63,343 bases of DNA from a virus (lineage: Duplodnaviria; Caudoviricetes), in IMG/VR virus record IMGVR_UViG_3300033153_005229, positions 1 to 63,343 of that record, one strand, 5' to 3'. A program made the translations under genes and the position numbers. Below are positions 27,208-37,061 of the stretch, one piece after another; positions within the stretch are counted from its first letter, which is position 1, and each line of letters starts with the position of its first letter. The notes under the pieces are model-generated. The model made no database searches, was not told the DNA's origin, and saw only the letters and a program-made list of their open reading frames with translations.

Positions 27208-27573
27208 TTATCCTCCGACTGATATTTCAACATTTGACGTTCCCTGTCCAAAAGATTTAAAAAAGAAATCAAGTGACAGCTTTACAGCCCCCGTATTAGA
27301 ATCAGAAAGGTCAACCATTATGTTATTTATACCGGCCCTACTTTCCCACTTGGCAATCGCTTCTTTTATATCATCCTCAACCAAAGCAACCACGTTCACA
27401 GGGTCAAATATCCTTTGATGTATACTACACCCAAAATCAGGTTTCATAATATATTCAAACTTATCTGTCCCAATTATCTGTTTTATGTTATCCCGAATGT
27501 GTTCCAAATCAGATGTTTGCTTTAATCTACCAGACACAAATTTCAAAGGCCAACCTAATCCTGTTATCTTCAT
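27208..27573 (-). CDS. gp25/GpW-like baseplate protein
   Basis: GLGWPLKF...IRDNIKQIIGT...EYIMKPDFGC...AIAKWESR. Confidence 0.9.
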   Translation of the reverse strand: MKITGLGWPLKFVSGRLKQTSDLEHIRDNIKQIIGTDKFEYIMKPDFGCSIHQRIFDPVNVVALVEDDIKEAIAKWESRAGINNIMVDLSDSNTGAVKLSLDFFFKSFGQGTSNVEISVGG

Positions 27574-27794
27574 GATATCTTCCCTGTAGCTACTGCGGTA
27601 GTACCACCCCCACCACCTACCACAGTAAGGGCTCCAATGGTAGCATTTGTACTTATATAATCAATTATAGTTTTAGCTAAGGCGTTCATACGAGCGCGTC
27701 CGACATCTCCATTGGCTACGCTGTCTTGGTTAACATCCACACCAATTACAGCATTCTGGAGAAGTCCTCCTAATTCAACGTGGTCCATTGCCAT
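27570..27794 (-). CDS. Small baseplate/spike-associated protein
   Basis: Between spike and gp25; LAKTIIDYI...GGGGGT; SD AAGGAG. Confidence 0.55.
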   Translation of the reverse strand: MAMDHVELGGLLQNAVIGVDVNQDSVANGDVGRARMNALAKTIIDYISTNATIGALTVVGGGGGTTAVATGKIS

Positions 27795-27807
27795 GATTAT
27801 TTTCTCC

Positions 27808-28290
27808 TTATCCAGCCTTTACACTAGAACATCCCTGAGGATGGGGACTCCCTGTAAAAGCACATATACTATCCGTAGTGACGACTTTCCCTGATGAGCC
27901 ATTCAATTCAATATCACCATTTACTTTTAATACCACTGATGAACCTGACTGATTGCTAACTGTAACATCTCCACTCTCATCAAATATTAGTCTATGTCCA
28001 GATTGAGACTCAAATAATCTGGCCGTGGAACTACCTTCAGAAGGGATTTGATTTCTCATCGTCCAAAAATAACCTATACATATCCAAACACCTAAGGAAT
28101 CCTGAGCAACAAAACATTCATCCCCAATTTCCGGTAAACAGAACAATCCAAAACCAGGTCCAGCAAAGGGACTACAGGGCCAAGTCCAAGGGGTTATATT
28201 ATGGGGTGGTTCAAACTCGGATATCTCCACCTTTATCCGACCCATGTTTTTTGGGTCGGATACGTCTATGACTTTTCCGCGATATATCAC
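27808..28290 (-). CDS. Baseplate spike (gp5/GpV OB-fold)
   Basis: YRGKVIDVSDPKNMGRIKVEI...GLFCLPEIGDE; SGHRLIFDE; C-terminal CAFTGSPH putative metal tip. Confidence 0.85.
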   Translation of the reverse strand: MIYRGKVIDVSDPKNMGRIKVEISEFEPPHNITPWTWPCSPFAGPGFGLFCLPEIGDECFVAQDSLGVWICIGYFWTMRNQIPSEGSSTARLFESQSGHRLIFDESGDVTVSNQSGSSVVLKVNGDIELNGSSGKVVTTDSICAFTGSPHPQGCSSVKAG

Positions 28291-28748
28291 AGATTCCTCA
28301 AACTAACTAGGTCCGTGATTTGTGCCGGAGGGTCCACATCTTCGGCTACTCCCAAAGCATTATTTGAAGTCTGAGCCCAATTGATAACCTCATCACCCGC
28401 CTTTATTGCGAAGTTGATAATAGCATCAGAAGGAACTATAATCTCCACATAAGCTGAATCCATCTCCCCGGCTATTCCAGGGTATAAGGTATCTTCTCTA
28501 ACATTCATAGGGGTTATTGGAGTTGCGAGATGCCAATTACCATCATCAATCTGACCATCTAAACTGTACCTTAAATCATAATGGGAAGCTCTTCCTTGCA
28601 TACCATTATCACCCGGGATAGTAAATCTCAGAGTGTCAACATAGGTGATATCTTCGGCCACCACGTTACATCCTGGAGGAACCATTACCAAGAAAAATAT
28701 ACCTATCAGTAGGACTCCCAATGAAATTTTCCTTACTCCATCTTGCAT
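28287..28748 (-). CDS. Exported fibronectin-III-like domain protein
   Basis: Hydrophobic signal, then FTIPGDNGMQGRASHYDLRYS...NWHLAT...FAIKAGDEVINW...DPPAQITDL. Confidence 0.6.
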   Translation of the reverse strand: MQDGVRKISLGVLLIGIFFLVMVPPGCNVVAEDITYVDTLRFTIPGDNGMQGRASHYDLRYSLDGQIDDGNWHLATPITPMNVREDTLYPGIAGEMDSAYVEIIVPSDAIINFAIKAGDEVINWAQTSNNALGVAEDVDPPAQITDLVSLRNL

Positions 28749-28757
28749 ACTTACCTC

Positions 28758-29897
28758 CTAATTGTATTTTGTTAAGTCCGCCCTTTCCACATCGAACTCG
28801 GTTTCAAAACCTTTCTGTGTATTCACAGTATGTTTTACCCGGGAAATAAAATAGTCACCAGAGTACTGTACCCCAAAGTCACCAGCATTCCTTATAAGGA
28901 CCTCATGACGGTCTCCCAATCTAATGAATTGATTTCCGTGGATACGGCCTGAACCTGTAACTAATTTCTCAGCCCTACGCTTTAGCTCAGCTTTTACCAT
29001 CATCTTAGCCTGACCATCGTTCATCGCATATTTTCCGGGAATTCGTATTATCTCTAATCTATTATCACTTATTACTTTTATATCAGTGTAAATATCTTTA
29101 CCCGGCTTACCATCTACCATGCTCTCCTTTATATTCCTATTAGGCTGACCATGAGCTTTCCAGCTTATTAGATTTACCTCTGATGCTTGTCCATCACCGC
29201 TTACCACAGGATTGAAAGATATAAGGGGAATAGGTATTTTATTTATTATCTTATCTGGAATCGGAGATGTCAGGTCGTACACCATTATAAATTGGTGGGT
29301 TTGTAGATTAGATAATATGTAGTCTCTATCTACTATATATAGAGTACCATTCCTAAAGAATGGTCTATAACCAGCCAATCGAGAAATGGCAAATAAGACT
29401 TCCCAATCAGTTTGTTCTTCTTGGTTAAACGACTGGTCATCCTCAAATCCAAATTTATTCTTTAGCTCATCGGAGTCCAATATATATTTTATCTTTGGAT
29501 ATCGAGTCATCATAGTTTTTATTATTGCATCAGGTGAGGCCTTTACATATACTTTCCATGATACATTCTTTTTCATCATGTAGCTGTAGTCGTGACACGT
29601 TACCTTTAAGGTAGTTCCTCGGTCCACACTAAAATCAAGTTTAATATTATAGACCTCTCCAGAAAATACTTGATTTATGTCACCCCTATCATACCCAATG
29701 TAGAAACTTACAGGCATTCCAATTTTTATATTTTCGGGTTTAAGAGTAGAGTTATGGGAGAAGGATAGGTCAAAGGTAAAAGTAGAGGTAGTATCTACCT
29801 TCTCCTCATAGGTCATGTTGGAGGGATAAACATTCGTAAATGTCTTAAGGTCAATCCCTGATATACCAACTAAATATATACAGGCCTTATCTGGCAC
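28758..29897 (-). CDS. Baseplate hub (gp27/GpD/VgrG-like)
   Basis: FYIGY...VFSGEV...LKVTCHD...QEEQTDWEVL...SGDYFISRVKHT...GFETEFDVER. Confidence 0.85.
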   Translation of the reverse strand: MPDKACIYLVGISGIDLKTFTNVYPSNMTYEEKVDTTSTFTFDLSFSHNSTLKPENIKIGMPVSFYIGYDRGDINQVFSGEVYNIKLDFSVDRGTTLKVTCHDYSYMMKKNVSWKVYVKASPDAIIKTMMTRYPKIKYILDSDELKNKFGFEDDQSFNQEEQTDWEVLFAISRLAGYRPFFRNGTLYIVDRDYILSNLQTHQFIMVYDLTSPIPDKIINKIPIPLISFNPVVSGDGQASEVNLISWKAHGQPNRNIKESMVDGKPGKDIYTDIKVISDNRLEIIRIPGKYAMNDGQAKMMVKAELKRRAEKLVTGSGRIHGNQFIRLGDRHEVLIRNAGDFGVQYSGDYFISRVKHTVNTQKGFETEFDVERADLTKYN

Positions 29898-30060
29898 TTG
29901 GAACCTTTATCTTTCTTCCGGCTTGAGGATTCCAAATATTGAGTTGGGGATTAGCATCAATCAATTCCCTATATTTATAGGGAGAACCATATACTCGTTG
30001 GGCTAATATATCTAGTCGTTCACCAGGTTTAACTACTGTATTTTGATTGTTTCCGTCCAT
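29887..30060 (-). CDS. LysM/gpX-like baseplate protein (57 aa)
   Basis: Not in the ORF track; MDGNNQNTVVKPGERLDILAQRVYGSPYKYRELIDANPQL...AGRKIKVPSAR. Confidence 0.85.
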   Translation of the reverse strand: MDGNNQNTVVKPGERLDILAQRVYGSPYKYRELIDANPQLNIWNPQAGRKIKVPSAR

Positions 30061-30575
30061 TCTCTCACCCTTAAATTTATATATCCTTCTCTAACCGATA
30101 AATCGCTAAAGGTCTCAGATATCCTTACCTCCGTTGAAGTAACAATACAATTGAACCCATTAGGACCCATAATAATTTTTAATCTAGATGGCCTTCCTTT
30201 ATCTGGAATAGTATCCGTCCATCTATCTAGTGTGTCAAGTATAACCTGAAAGTCCATCTTCAGTGAAGGGGTAGATATCTCCTCATTTACATTGAGATTA
30301 TAACTTATCTCGGGGGAACCCGGGTCTGCTATATAGAGAAGAGTAAGGTCCATTTTCTTTGGTCCACTGTAAAGGAATTCTACATCACCACCAGAGTTAC
30401 TACCTTTCCATGTTACATTATTATAGTGAAACTGACGTGACCATATAAAGTCTTTGGGATTGAATTGAAAACCTATGAATTCGTTCGTATCTAAATTATA
30501 TACCTGTCCCTTTGACAGTGAAACAGCTTCACTTATTTTATATGCCTTTTTTATTGTTGTCGGTATTATAAGCAT
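30033..30575 (-). CDS. Tail tube initiator (CIS tube / gp48-like)
   Basis: FQFNPKDF...GRPSRLKIIMG...CIVTS...INLRVREW; lies between tape measure and LysM genes. Confidence 0.75.
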   Translation of the reverse strand: MLIIPTTIKKAYKISEAVSLSKGQVYNLDTNEFIGFQFNPKDFIWSRQFHYNNVTWKGSNSGGDVEFLYSGPKKMDLTLLYIADPGSPEISYNLNVNEEISTPSLKMDFQVILDTLDRWTDTIPDKGRPSRLKIIMGPNGFNCIVTSTEVRISETFSDLSVREGYINLRVREWTETIKIQ

Positions 30576-30576
30576 A

Positions 30577-32571
30577 TTACATTCTTCCCTGTGGACCTAG
30601 TTTTGTTTTATCCTCAGTTACTTTCTGAACAGCACTACCAATCTCTTCTGGACTGGAGCCCTCTGGGGGATAGATATTCACCTCAGTTCTGTGATTACTA
30701 TAATCAGTAATATTAGGTTGAGCCCCACCTTCAACATCCTCATTGGTTAACTCGACAGGTCCAACCTCAGGAATCTCCACCTCTGGGGCCGATGAAAATA
30801 ATTCGAGTGGCGCTGTAATAATTGCCTTACCTATCTCCCACATTCCTTCAAATAATAACCTCAAAGCTTTTACTACATCAGAATTAAGAAAGTCATCAAT
30901 CAATCCTTCAATCCATTCAAGGGCAACTTTTATAGAATCTACCATAACATCCCAAGCGTATACTACGGCTTCTGATATTTCATCCCAATACTCTATTAGG
31001 AAATATATCGCGGCACCGATGGCTATTATCGCTGCGATTATCCAGACCACTGGACAACCATACAGGGAAGCATTCCATAACCAAGTAGCAGCGGTAAGTA
31101 AAGAAAATGAACCTGAGGCACCAGTATTGGTAAGGGCGATTAAGGCAAGTTGAGCTTTATACATAGACAAGAAAAATAATACCGATGATATTGCACCCCC
31201 AACTAGTAGAAGTGCTCCCACTGTAGCCGTACCCCAAGCTATCCATTTGGTTGCATCTGGGTGGGCATCCATGAACATAAATATGGATTCTAACATCTTA
31301 TTAAAACTAACGAGGAAACTATCAATAGTTGGAAGCATCTGGATTCCAATAAGGTCGACGATATTTTTCATCTTATTCTTCGCCATATCCCATTGAGCAG
31401 CTGCCTCCTCCTGTATCTCAATCATCATCTTCTCTCGGACTGCCACAGTAGACAATATTCTAACTCGTTCTCGTAAAACCTCAGACTGTCCAAGTAATAA
31501 CCCCATTGCTCTACCACCCTCTTCACCAAATGCTTTTTGGAGCTCTAAAGCTTCCTTTCCCTTCAAGGCACTTGTACCATATAAATCCTCTACAGATTTT
31601 AGGATAGCATATAATGGTAATAATTTCCCAGACTCATCAGTTAGTTTAACCCCACCGATTTTGGACTTAACCTTTGGTTTATTCCCAACAGCAAAGTTCA
31701 TCCACTCCGACATGTTCATGGCTTTATCTTCTATCTTCTTACCCTCTTTATCGGTAAGCTCTACCATCTTTCTTAACATGGCTGCGTAGGATGAACCAGC
31801 TCGACCTCCCTGAAGTCCCATAGTTTGAAGGGCACCAATAAAGGCTGATACTTCTTCGAATTTAACTCCCAATATTTTGGAAGGTCCAAGAGCGAACTTC
31901 ATCCCTTCCGATAGCTCGGGAAGTGTAGTGTTAAAGGCTGCAACAGTTCCGGCCAGTGTATTAGTAATTCGATTGGCCTTCTCCATATTATCTATCTGGT
32001 CGCCCCAAGCTGCACCATAGGTGGCCATACCTACCGTGACGGAACGAACAGCATCCATCATTGAACCGCGTCCAGAGACCGCCAACTGAGCTGTCATCTC
32101 CAGAGCAGCTTGAGCCTGTTCTATTCCAAGAGCTGATACTAACTGATATGCGGCTTCGTCGATTTCCTTACGAGCTATCTTACTAGAATTAGCCGTAGCC
32201 ATAATTGTTTTTCGTAGACTATCAATATGAAAGTTGGCTTCATCAGCGTCCATACCGGTTCCAACTAAAAGAGAGCGAATGTTACCCATGGACTGTTCCA
32301 TGGTCATAGCTGACTTTGCGGCTAAACCGAGGGGAGCCAGAATAGCCGCTCCAGTAGCCATAATCTTCATTGAGGTAAAAGCAGCAGCACGATATTTTTC
32401 AGCGGAACGAGCTACCTTCTCGGCTTGCTTCTGGACCGCTTCTGAGGTTCCCTGAGCAGTCTTCTTTAATTTATCTAAGTTACGAGCTGATTCATTAATA
32501 CCTCTGGACATCTTGTCCTTCCAGCTAAGAACCAACCCCATACCCATTTGATTTACAAGACTACCTATCAT
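30577..32571 (-). CDS. Tape measure protein (TP901-like core)
   Basis: Ala-rich helical; NTTLPELSEGMKF...GLQGGRAGSSY; hydrophobic Trp-periodic C-terminal half. Confidence 0.9.
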   Translation of the reverse strand: MIGSLVNQMGMGLVLSWKDKMSRGINESARNLDKLKKTAQGTSEAVQKQAEKVARSAEKYRAAAFTSMKIMATGAAILAPLGLAAKSAMTMEQSMGNIRSLLVGTGMDADEANFHIDSLRKTIMATANSSKIARKEIDEAAYQLVSALGIEQAQAALEMTAQLAVSGRGSMMDAVRSVTVGMATYGAAWGDQIDNMEKANRITNTLAGTVAAFNTTLPELSEGMKFALGPSKILGVKFEEVSAFIGALQTMGLQGGRAGSSYAAMLRKMVELTDKEGKKIEDKAMNMSEWMNFAVGNKPKVKSKIGGVKLTDESGKLLPLYAILKSVEDLYGTSALKGKEALELQKAFGEEGGRAMGLLLGQSEVLRERVRILSTVAVREKMMIEIQEEAAAQWDMAKNKMKNIVDLIGIQMLPTIDSFLVSFNKMLESIFMFMDAHPDATKWIAWGTATVGALLLVGGAISSVLFFLSMYKAQLALIALTNTGASGSFSLLTAATWLWNASLYGCPVVWIIAAIIAIGAAIYFLIEYWDEISEAVVYAWDVMVDSIKVALEWIEGLIDDFLNSDVVKALRLLFEGMWEIGKAIITAPLELFSSAPEVEIPEVGPVELTNEDVEGGAQPNITDYSNHRTEVNIYPPEGSSPEEIGSAVQKVTEDKTKLGPQGRM

Positions 32572-32783
32572 TTCTTACCTCTACTTATTTTCTTTACCTC
32601 TTCATTCTCTCTCTTTACATCTTCGTTATGTAACTTTATAAACCGAATCCTATCTTCATGGTCCATATCAAGTAGGTCACTATAACTAAACCCTAAACTT
32701 TTAGAAAGAGCGAACATCTCCTTATAAAGATTTTCTATGGGGTAGGGGAAGTGTTTGATAAGTTCGGAAATTGAGCGAAAGGG
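32568..32783 (-). CDS. -1 frameshift extension of the tail assembly chaperone (DUF6760-like)
   Basis: Not in the ORF track; -1 frame open from slippery C CCT TTC: PFRSISELIKHFPYPIENLYKEMFALSKSLGFSYSDLLDMDHEDRIRFIKLHNEDVKRENEEVKKISRGKK; its TGA overlaps the TMP ATG. Confidence 0.72.
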   Translation of the reverse strand, partial: PFRSISELIKHFPYPIENLYKEMFALSKSLGFSYSDLLDMDHEDRIRFIKLHNEDVKRENEEVKKISRGKK

Positions 32784-33163
32784 AGTCCTTCTTTTCCTCC
32801 CCCTTGAATCTTGTCAAATCCATTCATATCGTTATAGATAGATATAAGATGCTGGATATCTTCCTGGTACATATCTTGGAAGATTTTCTTGTTTATAGTT
32901 TCAATCCCCTCCAAGGATGTAACAACTCGGGAGAACAAAATGGAGAACATCTCAAAAAAAGCCCCAGTCGCCATCATCAGCGTCACGGGGTTACCTTTAT
33001 TCATATCCAGATTCTGACCGGATAATTGCTTCAGAGTTTGGTCCTTGTTAAGAGCGATAATATCTTTACTCTTAACCCTTCGCATAACTCCTTTTTTTAT
33101 TGGTTCTGCAACTCCCTCAACCTCCAAGCCTACAGGGAGTTCAAATTCTCTAGTCAAATCCAT
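32735..33163 (-). CDS. Tail assembly chaperone
   Basis: EFELPVG...KGVMRR...ILFSRVVTSL...DMYQEDIQHLISIYNDMNG; between tube and TMP genes. Confidence 0.8.
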   Translation of the reverse strand: MDLTREFELPVGLEVEGVAEPIKKGVMRRVKSKDIIALNKDQTLKQLSGQNLDMNKGNPVTLMMATGAFFEMFSILFSRVVTSLEGIETINKKIFQDMYQEDIQHLISIYNDMNGFDKIQGGGKEGLPFAQFPNLSNTSPTP

Positions 33164-33176
33164 TACTATTACCTCC

Positions 33177-33743
33177 TTAGGTAGTTAATAAACTCGCTAT
33201 CTCTCCAGTAATTCCACTTAATATACCTTCAGCTTCTGTTATGGAACTATATTGAATTCTTACAGACTCAAAAGCGAATTTCTCTTTTAGGCTATCAAAC
33301 CGGGGGCCAACCCATTTGGAAGGCCAAGCTCCCATGATATCCCATCTCCAAACCTCGAATGGAGCAATGTTGCTGTAGACGTTTATTCGGTCAATCATAT
33401 AAATTGACATTGTCTTTCGATAGTCCGGTTCACCCTTCCCCCAATTCTTAACCGCCTGAAACCAATTCCATAATGTTCGGTCATACGTCATCCCCCGAGT
33501 TAGAACTATACCGGACTGAGGAGAATGCCTTGGAAATTTATGAGTCCCTGTATATCCAGACTCAATCACTTCTTTAACATTTACTCTATCAGCAAATCCC
33601 TTAATATTCTCAAACCCGGCAACAAACTTGTTACCTGTTAACTCACCATCTATCTGGACAGCGAATTGATATGCTCTCAGCTTCTCCAGGTTGAGAATAT
33701 TAAGGGACGAAAGAACGTCACTTGGTAAATCAAGTATTGACAT
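33177..33743 (-). CDS. Tail tube protein 2 (T4 gp19-like)
   Basis: AYQFAVQIDG...AGF...IVLTRGMT...LWNWF...WDIMGAWPSKWVGPRFDS. Confidence 0.85.
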   Translation of the reverse strand: MSILDLPSDVLSSLNILNLEKLRAYQFAVQIDGELTGNKFVAGFENIKGFADRVNVKEVIESGYTGTHKFPRHSPQSGIVLTRGMTYDRTLWNWFQAVKNWGKGEPDYRKTMSIYMIDRINVYSNIAPFEVWRWDIMGAWPSKWVGPRFDSLKEKFAFESVRIQYSSITEAEGILSGITGEIASLLTT

Positions 33744-34201
33744 TACTCAACAACGAATTCCGGAACAGATAGGTCAAAGGTGAATACTGAATTAGAATCC
33801 TCGGACGCGGCATCCAATTCTGGGAATCCAACTTTACTTACCCATGCTTCTTTGAAGTTCAATCGCATCACTTCGTTGCCATCTCGGTCAAGCAAAGCTA
33901 TTGCTCCACTCTTCTTAGATGTTGAACCTAACTGATGCCATTGAATTATTTCATTTACATCCGCCGCACCACCAACTCTTAGATGTTTTTCAATCGAAAG
34001 AGTTGTTTCCTTCTTAAGCCCTGAAGCAGTTTGTTTAGTAAGACCATCGGCACCGGTTCGGTTAGTGATAAGCCCCCACTCCGAATCACCAATAGTAATC
34101 TTCTCAAAAGCCATAACGGAAATATTGTCTATCTCCAAAAGAAACTTACTATTTAATTCGGTATTAGCATCTGCAGAGGCTGCACCATAGTTTGTCGCCA
34201 T
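33743..34201 (-). CDS. Tail tube protein 1 (T4 gp19-like)
   Basis: KFLLEID...KKSGAIALLDRDGNEVMRLNFKEAWVSKVGFPELDA. Confidence 0.85.
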   Translation of the reverse strand: MATNYGAASADANTELNSKFLLEIDNISVMAFEKITIGDSEWGLITNRTGADGLTKQTASGLKKETTLSIEKHLRVGGAADVNEIIQWHQLGSTSKKSGAIALLDRDGNEVMRLNFKEAWVSKVGFPELDAASEDSNSVFTFDLSVPEFVVE

Positions 34202-34245
34202 TTTTTATTCTCCTATTTATATTAACTTTACAGGTTTACTATTGG

Positions 34246-35967
34246 TTAACTCGTTATGGATAGTCCGGATGGCGAGCTGGTTATCTCCATAACAAATTTC
34301 TCGGCGGTTCCGGTTGGGACGTATTCAACCTGACATTTGGCGATACCTAAAGCAATCTGGTCTGGGGGATTAATCGTAGAATCCATTAATACTGTATAAG
34401 CCGGAGCCGTTGGGTTGGCCGCATCGAATAAGGCCCCCTTCTTTTGCTCATTTGCTAGAAAGGCCTCTATTCGTCTCTTAACCGACTTCCAGAGGATGGC
34501 ATCGTTCGGCTCGAACGGTACATCCTGAGTTGCCGTAACAAGACTGGCTGCAATATAATTCCATAACTCTGAATGATTTACAAACCGCCAGGCAGTAGTA
34601 CCACTTAAAGTTCGACCGCCGTAAGTTCTGATACCACCACCAACAAATTTTCTGATGGTGTTAACCTTGGCGTCGTTAAGTATTTCACCTTCGGCTGTTG
34701 ATACATGGTACTTCAAATCAGTTGCATAAGTAAGCTGTTCATTACCAATACTCTTATGGACACCTCGACGGTAGTCCTTCGCTGCGGCAGCTCCGAGAAC
34801 AAATCCGGAAGGTGGCACCCATTTATCTATGCTGCTTTCAACTACCTTACACCATGGGAACCATAAGGAAGCCCGACGTCCGGCAAAGTTACCGGCAAAG
34901 GTAACAACATTAGCCACAGATTGATTATAGGGAACATCCCCATAATACTGAACAGTAACGCGCGAGTCCGCGTATGTAAGCATAGCCTGAACCAATGTTA
35001 TATAGGCTGCCGGAATATCAGCATCAGTAAGGATAGGATGTGGACAGGCAAACCTGAATAGCCCGGGAACATCATCAAAAGCATATACACCAGTCTTATT
35101 TGCCTGAGCACCTGCATAATCAGAACCAGTAACATCAGACAGCCCATCAACACCACTAGCCAAACTAATAGCTGAAGCAGTAGCATTAGGCTGGTCTTGG
35201 TAGTCAGTATCGGAAGCTTTCTGGTCCGTAACCATTATGTAGTTACTCGCACCGTTGACCACTGACTCGCAGAAGAATGATACATTGTCATTCATGGATA
35301 GCCCACTCCAAGTCTCAACCAGAATATTGTTCTCATATACCTTGAGCTCGAATTCACGGGTTGTGACAATGGCTGCAGTTGTGTAACTATTCGTAAGAGC
35401 ACCACTCCAGTTGATTTGCTTATTCGCCGTATCAATACTGGTAACAACGACGTACTCCTCATTAGCTCCTTCATCAAAGAATACATAGGAGCCAACTTCG
35501 ATACCATCAATTGAAACGAGTTTAGCACTCGTAGGAGTTTCCCCCGTACTTTCAGAAGGTGCTGTAGTAAGGATGTTATATAAATCAACATCCACTGAAA
35601 GAGCATTGCCCCAGGCACCTTCATTAATAGCATCAACCTTTAAAGTATTTGCCGGAGTTCCCTGCTGGTCTTGAAATGTATAAGTGGCTTTAGCTGCTGT
35701 TGAACTAGCCACCCTGACAATATAAAGACTACTATTACCGGCCTTAGAAAAGAATGCCTTAACAGAATACCAGGAATTAGCCCCTTGGGAAGGAGGTGCG
35801 CTACCAAATTTATTCATGAAGTCAGTCATGCTCGTTACCAAGGTAGCCACATTAAGAGGCCCCTTCACAAAGTTACCAATAATACCTGATACCGCGGTCG
35901 ATACTCCAGATACAGGAGAGAGTGCTTGTCCTTCCACAAGATTCACTCCAACATTTTCATTCGCCAT
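34246..35967 (-). CDS. Contractile tail sheath
   Basis: GNFVKGPLN...YIVRV...PPSGFVLG...GVHKS...GIRTYGGRT...FEPND...AEKFV. Confidence 0.95.
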   Translation of the reverse strand: MANENVGVNLVEGQALSPVSGVSTAVSGIIGNFVKGPLNVATLVTSMTDFMNKFGSAPPSQGANSWYSVKAFFSKAGNSSLYIVRVASSTAAKATYTFQDQQGTPANTLKVDAINEGAWGNALSVDVDLYNILTTAPSESTGETPTSAKLVSIDGIEVGSYVFFDEGANEEYVVVTSIDTANKQINWSGALTNSYTTAAIVTTREFELKVYENNILVETWSGLSMNDNVSFFCESVVNGASNYIMVTDQKASDTDYQDQPNATASAISLASGVDGLSDVTGSDYAGAQANKTGVYAFDDVPGLFRFACPHPILTDADIPAAYITLVQAMLTYADSRVTVQYYGDVPYNQSVANVVTFAGNFAGRRASLWFPWCKVVESSIDKWVPPSGFVLGAAAAKDYRRGVHKSIGNEQLTYATDLKYHVSTAEGEILNDAKVNTIRKFVGGGIRTYGGRTLSGTTAWRFVNHSELWNYIAASLVTATQDVPFEPNDAILWKSVKRRIEAFLANEQKKGALFDAANPTAPAYTVLMDSTINPPDQIALGIAKCQVEYVPTGTAEKFVMEITSSPSGLSITS

Positions 35968-36010
35968 TTTTATTCCTCCTAGTTAATATATTAGTATTCT
36001 AATTTTATAT

Positions 36011-36583
36011 CTACTCATCAGGTCTAAAGTTAAAGTCAATGTCAGGTCCAATATCAAATCTTCTTTTAAGTACAAGATATACAGATTGCGCTGCGTCGGG
36101 GTGGTCCATCCAAGCCCTAACATAAAATCGATAAGACTTAGACCATAATGAACCTCTTAACTTATCCAGTGCCTCAAACGACTCGGGTACTAAATAAATA
36201 GTACGTCCGGCGTTTGTAATTATCTTTTTAGAATTCCTCCCAAGAATTGGAAGCATAATTTCCATCATGTCCCAATCTACTTCTCTTTTCTCTGACTCTG
36301 TGTCAATCTGAAAATGAAAATTTATCGGGATTGGTAAGCCAACCGTCTCAGCTGTCCCTGCCTCTTGGTTCTCATTCTGGACAATTCTAGTCATCCCTGA
36401 ATACATTTTATTATTTGCAATATCAACATCATACATACTAATAAGAACAACTGGATAAGATATATTGTTTTCATTCTCAGAACGCTCATCCATGTAACCT
36501 AACTTTACCGTCGCAACTCCTGTAAAGGCGGTTTCAAATGTGTCCTTTAATCCTTGAAATATATCTCTAATAATATCAGACAC
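36011..36583 (-). CDS. Tail terminator/completion protein
   Basis: Directly upstream of the sheath; YPVVLISMYD...PIPINFHFQID. Confidence 0.65.
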   Translation of the reverse strand: MSDIIRDIFQGLKDTFETAFTGVATVKLGYMDERSENENNISYPVVLISMYDVDIANNKMYSGMTRIVQNENQEAGTAETVGLPIPINFHFQIDTESEKREVDWDMMEIMLPILGRNSKKIITNAGRTIYLVPESFEALDKLRGSLWSKSYRFYVRAWMDHPDAAQSVYLVLKRRFDIGPDIDFNFRPDE

Positions 36584-37061
36584 GATATGTCCTTCCTTGG
36601 AGAGTCAACCTTACGGCCTTTATCCAATTATCATTTATCTTCCTTTTAATAGAACGAAGTGTTGATATTATAAATGACCTCGCAGGTATTCCAGCTTTAG
36701 GACTCCCATATTCATGGACAAGAGCTACATTTACAAGGTCCTGTCCATCCTTTCCTTTGGAGCCTTTAACCACCCCGACAAAGAACCTATACGATGATAT
36801 AACCTTATCCTTTATAGAATTCATCAAGTCACCATAATTAATCAAGGGCTTACTACTTCCCTTCCTCTGAATAGTAGAATCTTTTAATGGGGGCCATTCC
36901 GGGTCTGTATCTCTTATTTTCCGTTTTATCTCATCACGAGTCATTATCGCATTGTGTTTAGTAGCAAGAGCCATATTTTTTTCCATCTGTCGATTCATAC
37001 CCCTTAATCGACTTTTAGCTTTATTCCAATCGCCATATAAACTTCTAGCCACGAGAACCAA
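36576..37061 (-). CDS. Neck/tail-completion protein (Mu gpG / HK97 gp10-like)
   Basis: WPPLKDSTIQRKGSSKPLINYGDLMNSI...VHEYG...IPARSF. Confidence 0.8.
   Translation of the reverse strand: MVLVARSLYGDWNKAKSRLRGMNRQMEKNMALATKHNAIMTRDEIKRKIRDTDPEWPPLKDSTIQRKGSSKPLINYGDLMNSIKDKVISSYRFFVGVVKGSKGKDGQDLVNVALVHEYGSPKAGIPARSFIISTLRSIKRKINDNWIKAVRLTLQGRTYRV

Noticed and set aside
34214-34221. T4-type late promoter TATAAATA before the tube gene
   Set aside because: Not seen upstream of the other late genes checked (sheath, capsid, decoration), the genome is AT-rich, and no gp55-like gene was recognised.
22833-36583. A capsid-less eCIS/tailocin locus in a bacterial chromosome
   Set aside because: Portal, terminase, capsid and a full replication module are present and no host housekeeping genes flank the region.
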